In this document: one piece after another, positions 46,410 to 58,065 of the stretch
Numbering within the stretch: the stretch's first letter is position 1
Layout: every line of letters begins with the position of its first letter
Source: the human T2T-CHM13v2.0 reference genome, Homo sapiens
Reading direction: 5' to 3' (one strand)
Assembly: GCF_009914755.1 (NCBI RefSeq)
Contig: NC_060935.1
DNA length: 64,000 nt
Notes under the pieces: model-generated
Databases searched by the model: none
What the model saw: only the letters and a program-made list of their open reading frames with translations
What the model was told of the DNA's origin: nothing
Made by a program: the position numbers and the translations under genes

Positions 46410-47585
46410 CAGCCACCTTAACAGTTATGGCCACCCAGATAAAAGACTACATTTCCCAGCCTCCATTGCAGCTAAGAATGGCCATGTGGCCAGGCTGTAG
46501 CCAATTAGACATGAGTGAAAGTGATGTCTATAATTTTAAGGTTGTGCTCATACATGGCAGAGGTGTAGCATCCTTTCCTGTTTTTCTCCTTCCTGCTGCC
46601 TAGCAAGCCATCTAGGACCACATAGCCATGGGGAACACCTTAGAAAGATGGAGCAACAACATAGAAAGAGGCAGGACCCTGAAATCTGGGCACATGACCT
46701 GGGAGCCACCATACCAGACCTGAACAGCTTATGCCTTTTAAATGAGAGTGAAGGAAAATAAACTATCTGACCACCTCACACCCATTAGGATGGCTAACTT
46801 TCAAAAAGAGAAAGAAAATAACAAGAATTGGTGAGGTTGTGGAAAAATTGAAACCCTTGGGCCGTGTTGGTGGGAATGTACAATGGTTCACCTACTGTGG
46901 AAAATAGTATGGCAGTTCCTCAAATGATTAAAAATAAAACTGCCACATGATCCAGCAATTCAATTTCTGGGGATATGCCCAAAGAATGGAAAGAAGGGTC
47001 TCAAGAGACAGTTGTACACCCATGTTCACAGCAGCATTACTGACAGTAGCTAAGACATGGAAGCAACCCAAGTGTTCATCTAGGGATGAACGGATAAGCA
47101 AAATATGGTATGTCCATACAGTAGAATATTACTCAGCCTTAAGAAGAAAGGAGATTTTGACATATGCTGCAACATGGATGAACCTTGAGGACATCACGCT
47201 AAGTGAGATGAGCCAGTCATAAAAGGACAAATACTGTATGGTTCCACTTACATGAGGTACTAGAGTAGTCAAATTCCTAGAGACAGAAAGCAGAATGGTG
47301 GTTTCCAGGCACTGGAAGTGGGTGGGTAGGTGGGGAGTTTTTGTTTAATGGGTACAGAGTTTCAGTTTTACAAAATGAGCAAAATTACAGAGCTGGATGG
47401 TGGCACACGTTGTGAATGTATTTAATGAATGGTACACCTTAAAAAGGTTAAGATGGTAAATTTTACATTCTGTTATTTTACCCCAGTAAAATTTTTTACA
47501 AAAGAAAATCACCTATCTTGATTAAGCCACTATTAGTTAAGGCATTTGCTAGAGCTGTTGAACTGTCTACATCCTCCTGACACAT
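46410..47585 (+). mobile_element. Old MLT1 LTR split by an L1MB 3' fragment
   Basis: gactacatttcccagcctccattgcagctaag...gaaaataaac | L1 | gaaaatcacctatcttgattaagccact...ctgacaca. Confidence 0.6.
46770..47505 (+). mobile_element. L1MB (MB3/MB4-like) 3' end
   Basis: cacacccattaggatggcta...cccatgttcacagcagcatta...ccacttacatgaggtactagagtagtcaaattc...gtttaatgggtacagagtttcagttt. Confidence 0.82.
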
Positions 47586-48075
47586 ATAAAATAGCCCAGG
47601 ACTGTGTTTCCTCAGGAAGCCCTTCTTCCAGTTGGCTAGGACCCCTGGGGCTGCCTAATCACCAGACACTCCTTTGTCCCAGGACAACAAAGCTGTGACC
47701 TGCAGCCACCCCAGGGGCAGGTTTTCTTGGAATAAGAGCTGGGGAAGCTGCCTGGAGCAACCTGCTAGATTGCCACGAAGGGAAGGGGAGGAAGCACAGC
47801 AGATTCTCTGCCAGTGTAGACACGAGTAAACCTGTACCAGTTATTCAAATAGTCAAATACTTCCAGGTCTGTGGGTCAGCAGCCACTGCCCTGAGGCACC
47901 CCACCCCTTGAAGTTTCCCCCTCCCTGGCTATCCTAGACCCAGACCCACCAACTAAATGGGTAACATTTAGCACAAGAAGGGATTCCAGGATGTCATTCT
48001 TACCTCCAGCTACTCTGATTCAGCAAGCCATACCACTTGTTAAAGACTTTGAACATTATCCCTGGCTATAAGTTA

Positions 48076-48425
<350 letters not shown>

Positions 48426-48599
48426 CTAAACTCAGTGTTGAGGGTGACAAGAGTTCTGAAAGGCAGACTTGTCATTTAATTCCCACCTCCACCTCTCTCT
48501 CGCTGTCCTCCCCAAAGCTAGGAACACCCAGACCCGGCTGAGGCCCTCTCGTACCCATTCAGAATGTCCTGCAATCACACACAGAGATTATTGCACTCT

Positions 48600-48605
48600 T
48601 TTATT
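48600..48605 (-). terminator. CHST1 polyadenylation signal AATAAA
   Basis: Plus-strand TTTATT. On the minus strand it has UGUA immediately upstream and a GU-rich tract (tctctgtgtgtg) downstream. Confidence 0.8.
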
Positions 48606-49349
48606 TACAGAAAACACAGATAAAGCATTTCAATTTCAATGTTCATTTAGCAAACTGATCCACTCTTTTTTTTTCTTTTTGGCACAAAGAAATATCACAG
48701 ATGGACCCCGAGATCAATCAGAAGCTCATAAGATTCATCAGTCATCACTGGTCCAGGGGCGGCCACGAGACTCAGACAGACAGACAGCATCACCACAGAC
48801 TGGAAACAGAAACAGGTCCACGTTCACCTCACAGTAAAAACCTGCCTCACCGACAGGCAAGGGCGGGCAGGAGGGGGCAGTTTCGCTGCTCTAAGGGGGG
48901 AAATGGGCGTCAGGGGCAGGAGGCAGGGATGGGGAAAGGATGGACACCATTCATAAATTAGAGACAAGTGGTCCTCTTGTTTGTATCCTCTTACCTTGAA
49001 TAGTAAGACAGTGCAAAAACTAGATACCCGACCACTCACCCATTCAAAAGCTTGAGAAGTCGCCTCGCGAGTGCCCGTGTGCGTGTGTGGATGTGTAAAT
49101 GTGGTGCTTGTAAACATTGTCACCGTCCGCACAGAGACCCAACATCCATGTGTCTGAATGGGGTGGGGGGGGCGGGACCCTACTTCAGGCGCCCTCTGCC
49201 CCAGTGATTCCCGTCCAAGACGTAGTGCAAATTTCAGAGACAAAAAAGGGGCAGAAGGGAGTGGGGTGAGCTGGGGGCAGGAAGGACACGAAGATGAGGT
49301 GGGAGAGGGAGGGGTTAATAAGGCAACAGTTAAAAACGGTCCATTTTAT

Positions 49350-50600
49350 CAAAACCGACACCTTGCGCCTCCCGCCCCCACCCGCACCGCCCGGGTCACG
49401 AGAAGGGGCGGAAGTCCCGCTCCTCCACCAGGCTGACCGAGGGGTTCTTCAGCTCCTCCTCCGAGGCGGCGATCTTGTAGCCCAGCTGGGCCAGCACCTG
49501 CTGGCAGGCGTTCTGGGCAAAGGCCACGATGTCGTAGGAGAGGCGGAAGCGCCACTTCTCGGCCGTGGCCGCCGAGTTTCGCACGGTGCCGTATTTGTGC
49601 TTGCCCAGGGTGGGGTCGCCCCGCGTGTTGTTCTGGATCCAGCGGGCCACGTGGCTGTCCAGCGGGATGCCCAGGAACCCGTAGATCTCCTCGGTCTTCT
49701 TCATAGGGTTCCGAGCCAGGTCCTCGTAGCGCACCAACATGTACTTGCCCTTGAGCCACGGGGGCCGCATGAGGCCGGTGGACACGGAGTTGGAGAAGTC
49801 CTCGCACACCGTGGTCAGCTGCGTCACGTCCAGGTTGTAGGGTTTCCTCCCGGTGCCGTACCAGAGCCGCCAGAGCCGGTACGTGTCGCGGAAGGTCTCG
49901 CTGCGCGAAGCCAGAATGCCGCGGGGGTCTCGGACCAGCTGGATGACCTTGAGGTTTAATCGCGGGTCTTCCACCAGGGCGCGCAGGTCGTTCACCTCGG
50001 GCACGCGCACCGTCTTGATGGCCACGTGGCTGCGCTCGCGGCACGCCTCGGCCGCCACGGTCAGGTTGAGTAGCCCGCACTTGCGCACACAGTCCCCCTC
50101 CTCCAGGACCAGGTCGGCTGGCCCCGGAGGGTCGCACACAGGCCGGGAGCAGAGGACCCGGCTGGCCCCGCGGCGGAAGATCCTGTCGGTGGTGTGGTTG
50201 ACCGGCGGCGGCTTGATGTAGTTCTCCAGGAAGTAGAGGTCGCAGTCGTAGAGGCTCCGCAGGAGGTCGCGGCTGGCGCCTAGCATGACCCGCCGGTCGG
50301 CCGGGCTCTTGCCCTGGGTGAAGCGGGGGATGAGCGTGTTCTGGACGTGGTAGAGGGGCTCAAACAGGTAGAAGACGTCCAGGTGCTGGTTGAAGAGCTG
50401 GCCCACGAAGGAGGAGCCGCTGCGCGTGGTGGCCAGGATGAGGATGTGGGTCTTGCGGGAGAGGTTGTAGGCGAAGGTGGGGCTCTCCTCGCACAGTCGC
50501 TCGGCCAGCCCGGCCTCTGCCAGCCCGGGGCAGGTGTGAAAGGACTTGGCGGTGAAGGTGCGGATGGCCGTGTACTGGATGGCAATGGAGGCCAGGGCAA
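49350..50600. promoter_or_regulatory. Intragenic CpG island over the CHST1 coding exon
   Basis: Very high GC and CpG density compared with the CpG-depleted flanks. Confidence 0.75.
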
Positions 50601-50631
50601 GGAGGAGGACGGCCTTCCAGGAACATTGCAT
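49396..50631 (-). CDS. CHST1: Carbohydrate sulfotransferase 1 (keratan sulfate Gal-6-O-sulfotransferase), 411 aa, intronless CDS
   Basis: 411-aa ORF MQCSWKAVLLLALASIAIQYTAIR...ERDFRPFS with an N-terminal type II signal anchor, 5'-PAPS-binding motif TTRSGSSF and 3'-PAPS motif LVRDPRGILASR. Start context gccATG, GC/CpG-rich. Matches the human CHST1 protein as I recall it. Confidence 0.98.
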   Translation of the reverse strand: MQCSWKAVLLLALASIAIQYTAIRTFTAKSFHTCPGLAEAGLAERLCEESPTFAYNLSRKTHILILATTRSGSSFVGQLFNQHLDVFYLFEPLYHVQNTLIPRFTQGKSPADRRVMLGASRDLLRSLYDCDLYFLENYIKPPPVNHTTDRIFRRGASRVLCSRPVCDPPGPADLVLEEGDCVRKCGLLNLTVAAEACRERSHVAIKTVRVPEVNDLRALVEDPRLNLKVIQLVRDPRGILASRSETFRDTYRLWRLWYGTGRKPYNLDVTQLTTVCEDFSNSVSTGLMRPPWLKGKYMLVRYEDLARNPMKKTEEIYGFLGIPLDSHVARWIQNNTRGDPTLGKHKYGTVRNSAATAEKWRFRLSYDIVAFAQNACQQVLAQLGYKIAASEEELKNPSVSLVEERDFRPFS

Positions 50632-51700
50632 GGCTGGGCACCTTCATGGGGCTGCTTCTCCAAGGGGTGAGGTCTGTGGGCAAAGGCGGCCAGCGGTCAG
50701 GTGCCTCCACGGCGGGGGCACTGGCTTGTCCCTTGGAAGAGCCGGTCTCCAGGGGGCCCAGGGAAAGGCCCGGCTCCTGTCCAGTGCTCACCACACACCC
50801 TGAAGACCTAAGCAGCTTCTACACTAGACTACCGTTCTCTGGGGGACTCCTGGGAGCTTTGGGGAGCTGAACAAACATTCCTCGCACCCCAGGATTTAAC
50901 CTGCAGACAGCTGCGGAAGCCTCTTATCCTGAGCTCTGAGTTCCTTAGAGGGGCCTCACGGGGCAAGAGCCTGACTCCCCCTACTCCCACACTGAGGAAA
51001 TGACGAGGGCCTGCCTCAAACACTGCCCCTCCTCACTGCCAGCGTCTCCCACCCCCACGAGCTGGCGCCCAGTTCTCCAGGTGGTCCTCTTTCCTCTGTC
51101 CTCTGCCCATCCCTAGGGGAAAGAAGAGTCCCTATCAGATGCCTCCATCTGACCCCAATCCCCTGAGCATGCAGGACCCCTGCAGACCATGGTCGGTGAG
51201 CTGCCAGCACGGCCAGGCAAGGTGGACAACTGTGTCAAGCCCCTTCCAACTCATGGATGCAGGTGACCACTTACTCCAGATGTAGACTTCTGGGGCTTGT
51301 GGAGTCTCTAAGAGTCTCTGGAGCAGAGACAGATGTCCAGGGTCTGCTGAGAGGCAACCCTTCCCAGCACCCAGGGTCTGTTCCTGGTCTCTAGGGACAA
51401 GGGTCCAGGCCATGGAGGTGACATAATCCCCACTGACACAGAGTGAACTGGCCTGCAAAGAAGATCTTAGGGAGTCAGGGGCCTCCCCTCTTACCTCCTG
51501 TGTCCCCTCTGCCCACAGAAGGGGGACTGGGGAGGGACCATGGAGAAGCAGAAAGAGCGAATGGGGCCGCTGAGAGTCCGGGGCCAGGAGCCCACCTGAG
51601 CATCCTGTAGGCACCCTCTCTGGAGGCTGGCTCAGCTACCAGACCTGAGTGGGGGCTGGGGCTGCTCCTGGGGAGAACACAGGAGGGTTCAACCACTTAC

Positions 51701-51798
51701 CAAAGAGGGACTGCTCCAAGCTGGGGAGTCCACAGCCACCAGCGTCTCCAGGCCCAGCTGGCAGTCCCAGCCAGTGCGGCAGCCCTGTGGCCAGCAGA
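51701..51798 (-). other. CHST1: CHST1 non-coding 5'-UTR exon (98 nt)
   Basis: Minus-strand acceptor cccttcccctccctgtcttttgcAG|tctg and strong donor ttg|GTAAGT. Confidence 0.75.
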
Positions 51799-52228
51799 CT
51801 GCAAAAGACAGGGAGGGGAAGGGCTCAGAAGGTGGAGCTGGGGTCTCAGTGCCCCCTCCCCACTCCTTCCCTTCTGTGTCCTGTGCCTCACAGTCTGCCC
51901 CGAGGGCCAGGCAATAAGGGCTCTGCCTGCTCTCCAGATCCATCCCTGACTCAGCGCCCCAACCAACCCAGTGCCATCTCTGATCCCCTGAGTGTGGCCC
52001 TCTGAGTCCTGGACTGTATCCCACTCCTGTCACCTTCCTCGCCCACCCCACCACATTCTTCTAATAAACCGCAGTCCCTCTGCTCACACCAGAACCCAGC
52101 AGGCAGGGAGACTGGCAGGGTTCTGCAATTTAAATCCATGAAATAATCCTAACCCTTTAAAATTCAACTTGTGCAGCGATTCCCCAGGAAGTGGGTTAGC
52201 AGAAGTCAGCAAGGGCAGGGGGGCTTAC

Positions 52229-52314
52229 CCCGGCCTCCAGGTCGAAAGGGCGCCTCCGGGAATGCAGCTGGGGAGAAAGTCTTCTTCCAACCACACCGAA
52301 GTGACACCAGCTAC
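52229..52314 (-). other. CHST1: CHST1 non-coding 5'-UTR exon (86 nt)
   Basis: Minus-strand acceptor tttcactttgagtttcAG|gtag and donor ggg|GTAAGC; locally CpG-retaining. Confidence 0.7.
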
Positions 52315-54619
52315 CTGAAACTCAAAGTGAAAGTGGACCAGGGAGCATTCCTGACCTCGATGCACCTCATAGAGTCTGAATTAAAACACCAAGATCGCCA
52401 CATTATCTCAGTTGACAGTTTTGCGCCAAGCCCCTTCCCTGCATCAGCTCGTGTCCTTCTAGCAAGAACCAGATGTGGAAGCCAATATCTGCCCACTTCA
52501 CAGGCGAGAAAGCCAAGGCACAGAGGTAGAGGAACCGGCCTGAGCTCACAGGCCTGCTTTAACCCCCATCTGGTAGGTTCCCCAGAGTCCAGCTCTTTCC
52601 CTCTAAGGAGATTTGGCTTCCTGTTCCTCCAGCTTAAACATATTTGGCCTGCAAACATGCATGCCATTACTGGCCCCAGCCCATTTGTGAATCAGCATGA
52701 CGGGGACTGGGCAGGCAGATGCTTCTGAGACTTAGAGCATGTTCCTCCCCTTTGCTTTCTGGTCCTGTGGATCTGTTGGTTCACAGCTGATAGGGTGAAC
52801 TCACGTGCTTTGTGAAGATTCTTCCCACACCCCACTATTTGACGTGACTCCTTTGGGAGCGGGTGAGTGGATCCTCTTTTCCCAAACCTGCAGTTCTGCC
52901 TGGCTCAGCTCACCCAACTTCTAGCACTGTGTTATTCCCTATAAGCACTCTCGGAGGTCAGGGTCCTCACTCCCACTGTTCAGATGGAGAAATCAAGTCG
53001 TGTTTTAAATATGAAATTTCACTTCTTTAGGAATCAGTACCAGATCACCAAGTAGCAGTCAAGAGGGAAAGGGGCAGTTTAGAGTCTTAGGAACTTCTCA
53101 ACGTGATCAGAGAAAAACCACAATCCCAACCACACTGCATCCCACCCCGACCTCATCCCATAGTGGCAGAGGATGCTGGCCTCCATCATGGGGCTGGGCC
53201 AGGTATCCAGGGAGAAAGGCCCCTCTACTTTAAACCTGACCCCTGCAAGTGCAGGCCTGCTCTGCCCCAGTGCCCCATGGTGAATGTGAATGGCTTTCAA
53301 GAAACAGACAGGGAATGTCATCAATAATAGTGCCAGGTCATATTTTTAAGTCATTTAGGAGTCTGTTCTTTGGCTGCAGCATCATTTCATTTGGATACGC
53401 TTCCTTTGTATTTATTCACAGACATCTATCAGAACTCCTGTATGTGCCAGGCACTGTTCTAGATGCTATGGGTCAAATAACACCAAGGAAGGCAAGCACT
53501 TGCTGGGCATTCACAATGTTCCTCCCAGGCACATGCTTCTTTCACAGCCATCAGCTCATCGCACCCTCATGCCAGCTCTATGAAGTTGATACTGTCACAA
53601 CCCCGTTTTACAGATAAGGAAGCTGAGGCCCTTCAAGGTTAGATAACTTCCCCAAGCTCACACCCATAATAAGGAGCCAGGATTCCAGCCCAGGCAACGT
53701 GCTAGGAAGTCCACGTTCAAATCCTTTTCCCTAATTCCACTCATATTACACCCTCCTTGGTCCTCATCAAGACAGGAAACAGAATCCTTAAGGAGTCTTC
53801 ACTTAATTCTGGGGTTCCAATTCCAAAAGCAGAACTCACCCTAGGGTTTTATTTAAAGAGAAACATCTTGCCATCTTGCTGGGGAGGGGGCCGTTTAAGT
53901 TTCTTCCCCCAACTCTTCATCCACCCAGAGAAACTTAAGGCCAGGACTGGAAGCTGCTGCTTTGCTAATAAATCAGAAGTCACTGAAGCAGCTGGATGTT
54001 ATAAATCCCTAAGACAGCGAGACTCGGCCTCACAAGGTGTGGCCTGGACACCGAGGAGGGGCATGTGTTTGAAGGCCCAGCCACAGGCCATTCCCTTGTA
54101 CCCCCGGGGAGGGCAAAGCCAGGGAATGGGAACGGGAAGATGGGGGAAGTCCAGCCCTCCTGGAAATGTCCCCGCTCTCCCAGCCTGGCAGAGCTGGGCC
54201 TGGGGCTGGCCAAGTGTCCTTGGTATGCTAAAGGCATCTGCCCTGGAAACCAGAGGCCCTGGGGCCAGGTCCTGTTGTTCCCAAGGAAGCCTTAGCCACT
54301 ACAAAAGACTCCTCAATGCCCTCATCCTCCAAGCCAGACTGTGGCCCCCAGAGCCCATCCCTAGGCTTCTAGCAACCTCTGGCCTGGCCTCCCTCTACCT
54401 CTGCTTAGTAAAAATCCAAGCAAACCTTGGACACAGGAGACCACGATCTATCATTTCTGTTAGAAAGCAGGCAAGTTGGTGAGCTTTCACTCCCAGGAGA
54501 AAGCTCAGATTTCATTATCAGTGAACTTGAGATGAGGGCACAGACTGGGAGCAGTGAACAGCTCTATATTGGAAAACTGTAATTCACAGAGCTCACCCCC
54601 TGAACCATGCCTACCTGGA

Positions 54620-54965
54620 TCTGTCACTCAGCAGGTGTGTGGGCGTGGGTGATTCACCAGCTGTCCCTGAGCCTCAGTTTCCCCATCCATAAAGTGGTCA
54701 TAGCTACAGTAGTGCTGGTAAGAATTGAAGGTCTTAAAGCATTTAGTCAATGCCAGGCATATAGACCCAACCCAGCCTCTGACACCAGCCCTGCTGATCC
54801 CAGCTCAGCCACTTACTGGCTGAGAGATCTTGGCTAGCTTTCTTCACCTCTCTGGGCCTCTATGTTCGCATATGCAAAAATGGGGATAATTATAACAAGG
54901 CTGTTGTGAGGACTAATTAGTGAGTACAGTGCCTGGTGCAGCGTAAGCACTCACTAAATGTCAAT
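54620..54965 (+). mobile_element. Two tandem MIR copies
   Basis: ctgagcctcagtttccccatccataaagtgg; cctctctgggcctc...aaaatggggataat...gttgtgaggactaa. Confidence 0.7.
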
Positions 54966-55132
54966 TAATATCATCATCACCAAATGTCTGGTTTGCTTTT
55001 TGTCTCAGGAAAGGGCCTAGAACAAATCATCCTGCAGCCCACGGGGTCTGGCTCTGCCCACCGCCCCTTCTTCCTGCAGCTCCTCTCCCGGCCTGGGAAC
55101 TTCTTCCTGCTGAGCCACCGCAGTGGCTTTCC

Positions 55133-55166
55133 TGCTGCCCTCTAGTGACCACATCCTGCGGTGCAG
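55133..55166 (-). promoter_or_regulatory. Candidate CTCF site with upstream motif
   Basis: Minus strand CTGCAC-N9-TGGTCACTAGAGGGCAGCA; core 13/14 to CCASYAGRKGGCRS. Confidence 0.55.
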
Positions 55167-57854
55167 CCTCGTAGTCCCGTCATCGCCGCTGTATTCAGAA
55201 TTCTGGGGCTGTTGGCTACAACCTGATGTGAGGATGCAGCCAGCGGGAGGTGATGTTGCAAGATGCAGTGAGGTGTGAGGATGGCACGCCCACCCGGGCT
55301 GCGGCCTCTGCTCCGTGCACCCCCACCCTAGCCGCACCGGGAGAGCCCAGCTGCAACAGGCAGCCTCGCCTTCTCCCAGGGCCTCTCCCGCTCATCTCAT
55401 GGTGCTCTGGCAGGGAAGGAGCACAGACCTGAATGTCACAGGCAGGACTGGCCCACATGGCCTCCGGATGGGTGACCTTGGACTCACCCCCTGGCCTCTC
55501 TGTGCCTCAGTTACACCATAGATCCAGTGATGACTGAAGGGCCTCCCAGTTCTAACCCTGGTGTTCTCTATAATCCCAGGAAGGCCCCAGACTTCATTCT
55601 CAGGGACAGTTGGGGCCACCCACACAGCAGACAGGGGGACCCTCCATTGGGAGTGGGAAAAACCCAGTCATCTTCCAGGAGGATTCTAGGGCTGGGCATT
55701 TCTGTCCCCCACCTCGGCCTGATCTGTGGCAGCGCCAGGGGGTGGCGGCCCTAGAACCTAGCGGTGCTGCCTTCTGCCAAGTTAGCCCCCACCTCTTGCT
55801 GTACAGAAATCCCATGAAACCCAGGGCTGAGGCCTTGTTTCACCTTTTCTGGGCCACAGACCTTTCGAACCACAATCCCTCCCCTTAGAAATGCCATTAG
55901 TGCCCACAATTTTACACACACAATTGAGAAGTTTCCCGAACCTCTGAAAGCCCAAGCTTGGGCACCCCACTCTTTCCTAGAAGCTTAACCCCTTCATTAT
56001 TAACATGTCCAGGGAATTGTCTTTCCAACCGACTATATCAGAGAAGCCTCCTCAGACATGAACGTACTGATAGAAACAGTCACCCAGCATATATAAGTTT
56101 CAAAAGCTAGAGCCAGAAAACATGTGTGTAATAGTACACCACCTTTTCAGATTTGTTTAAGGAGGTGGACATGTATATTTGTATATATGCATAAACAATC
56201 ACTGAAAGAGCTTGCTCTGAGCTAGTAACGGGAGATGTCCCAGAGGGAGGGGGCCTCGAGGAGACTAGGGTGGGAGGAGACACCGTTTACACTGAGCTTT
56301 TTGATTCAGTTTGAGTTTATTAATTTTGGGGGACACAGTGAAGCCACTCCATGTAGGAAGTAGAGGGGTGATTGATGACAGGGTGCGGTACTGAAAATCA
56401 GCCCTGGCATCTCACTGTGCCTCCCACCCTCCCCCCCCAGGCACTGCCAGCCAGCTCTCCCCACCCCCATTTCCAAGGCACCAGGGTCAAAGGCACTGCT
56501 TTTCCGCCAGAAATGGGCTTTGTCTGCTCAGGTGGGCCACTAAGGACAGTAGGCAGCTGGGGACTGCTGAGATACAGGGACGGAGCTGAAATAAAGCTGG
56601 ATTTCAGAGGGGGCCTGTGGCTATGGGAGCAGCTGAGCCCTGGGATGGGGAAATGACTCTTCTCCCAGACATTTCTCCCTAAAAAACTACTGTGAAGCCC
56701 TGGGGGATGAAGAAGCAGCACAGTGAGGGCAGGGCAAGAACCTGAACATCGTCTTTCCGGACAAACTCAGGAGCCATGATGAATGGGGTCCCAAGGCTCT
56801 GGGGTCCCAAGAACTGGAGCAAGGGACAAGGGAATGGGACAGGGAGGGAGGAGCTGGCGAACAGGCCTCTAGGATGGAGACTGCAGAGGGGAAATGCTTA
56901 CTCCCTGACTCTGACGTAGCCAGCACTAATCCCCCATGAATGTTTTAGTTAAGGCTAAAATGCATAAAACAGCAAGGCGTTTTTCTTCCTAAGGAAAATG
57001 AGGTGATGAAAATGAAGGCAAGGCAAGGGGAAAACAAGGGTATAAGAGTCTGAAACAACCAGAGGCCAAGTCAGTGTACAAGAGTCACACCATGTGTGGG
57101 CTACTGAGCTAGCCAATAGGAAAAGGGAAATATTTCATTTACTTGTTTCACAGGACCCATGAGATAAAGATTAAAGCATCCACTCAAGAGATGTCCAGCT
57201 ATTCCTGACACTGAATCCAGTGCAAGATTTCTCCCAAGGGAGCTCTTACAGAGCTCTGTGCGTGTGCCACCATGAACTCGTCCTCAAGACTTTGTACCTA
57301 AGAAATCCAAAGACGAGTTTCATGGGACAGTGTCCTAGAGCATCCTTCCATGTGAGCAGTATGCCAACACACAATCCAACCAGTGCAACCTTCCAGAGGG
57401 GTGAGCTGCTGGGGTCCAGACTCGGCCTCTGTGGTCTAGGTCAGCCCAAGGGACCCCTTCTCTTTGGGGTCATGCCCACCTCAACTTGAAACACTGTGAG
57501 GTCTATGGACCCTCTCTCCAGAACCTGGACCACCACAAACATGGTACTTGCGAACAATCCCTAGAATCCCTGGGCCCCACAGGCAGAACCACTACATTTT
57601 CTGAGCACCTCCAGTAGGGACAAGCTCTCACAGTCATGGTTTCCAAGACAAGCACCTGGAGAGCAATTGGTCTACCGATTTTTCACCATCAGCAGGGCTG
57701 CCCAGCTGCCTCTTATGAGCTCTGGTGTCTCCAGGGCAGAGCACTCCAATGTCCACATGATACCCATGGATGTCTCAAGCCTCCTGGAGAAGGTACCCAC
57801 AAGCATTCAGGGAGGCAGTCGGAGGGGTAGTTAGGCACCCCAGCTGTGGGGCCA

Positions 57855-58065
57855 CAGAGGCCTGGATTTGAATCCAACTGCTGTTGCCTTATAGCTATGA
57901 GGCCTTGCGTGAGGCTCTTAACCTCTATAGGCCTCACTTGTCCTTATGTAGGAAATGGGAGAAACAATCACAGAATCTTTCTAATATTTGGGCAGTGAGA
58001 CAGAAGGCCGATGGATGCCCACAGCTTAACACAGTGCTAGGCACAGAGCAAATGCTTATTAAGAG
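57855..58065 (+). mobile_element. MIR
   Basis: cctggatttgaatcc...cttaacctctataggcctc...acagtgctaggcacag. Confidence 0.7.

Larger units (their letters stand above)
48585..50673 (-). other. CHST1: CHST1 terminal exon (42 nt 5' UTR + CDS + ~0.8 kb 3' UTR)
   Basis: Minus-strand acceptor ctgac...cctttgcccacAG|acctcacc with the exon starting at 50673. The 3' end is inferred from AATAAA at 48600-48605; the cleavage site is approximate. Confidence 0.8.

Noticed and set aside
49294-50221. Long alternative-frame and antisense ORFs over CHST1 (262 aa, 221 aa, 122 aa)
   Set aside because: Expected by-product of high GC3 codon usage in the real CDS; no recognisable domain or independent gene signals.
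52311-52316. AG|GT at the exon acceptor as a recursive or dual splice site
   Set aside because: The reconstituted donor GTAGCT is weak and nothing else supports it.
53757-54482. 241-aa plus-strand ORF in the CHST1 intron
   Set aside because: Starts at TTG, no recognisable homology or codon bias, and GC-rich sequence yields such ORFs by chance.
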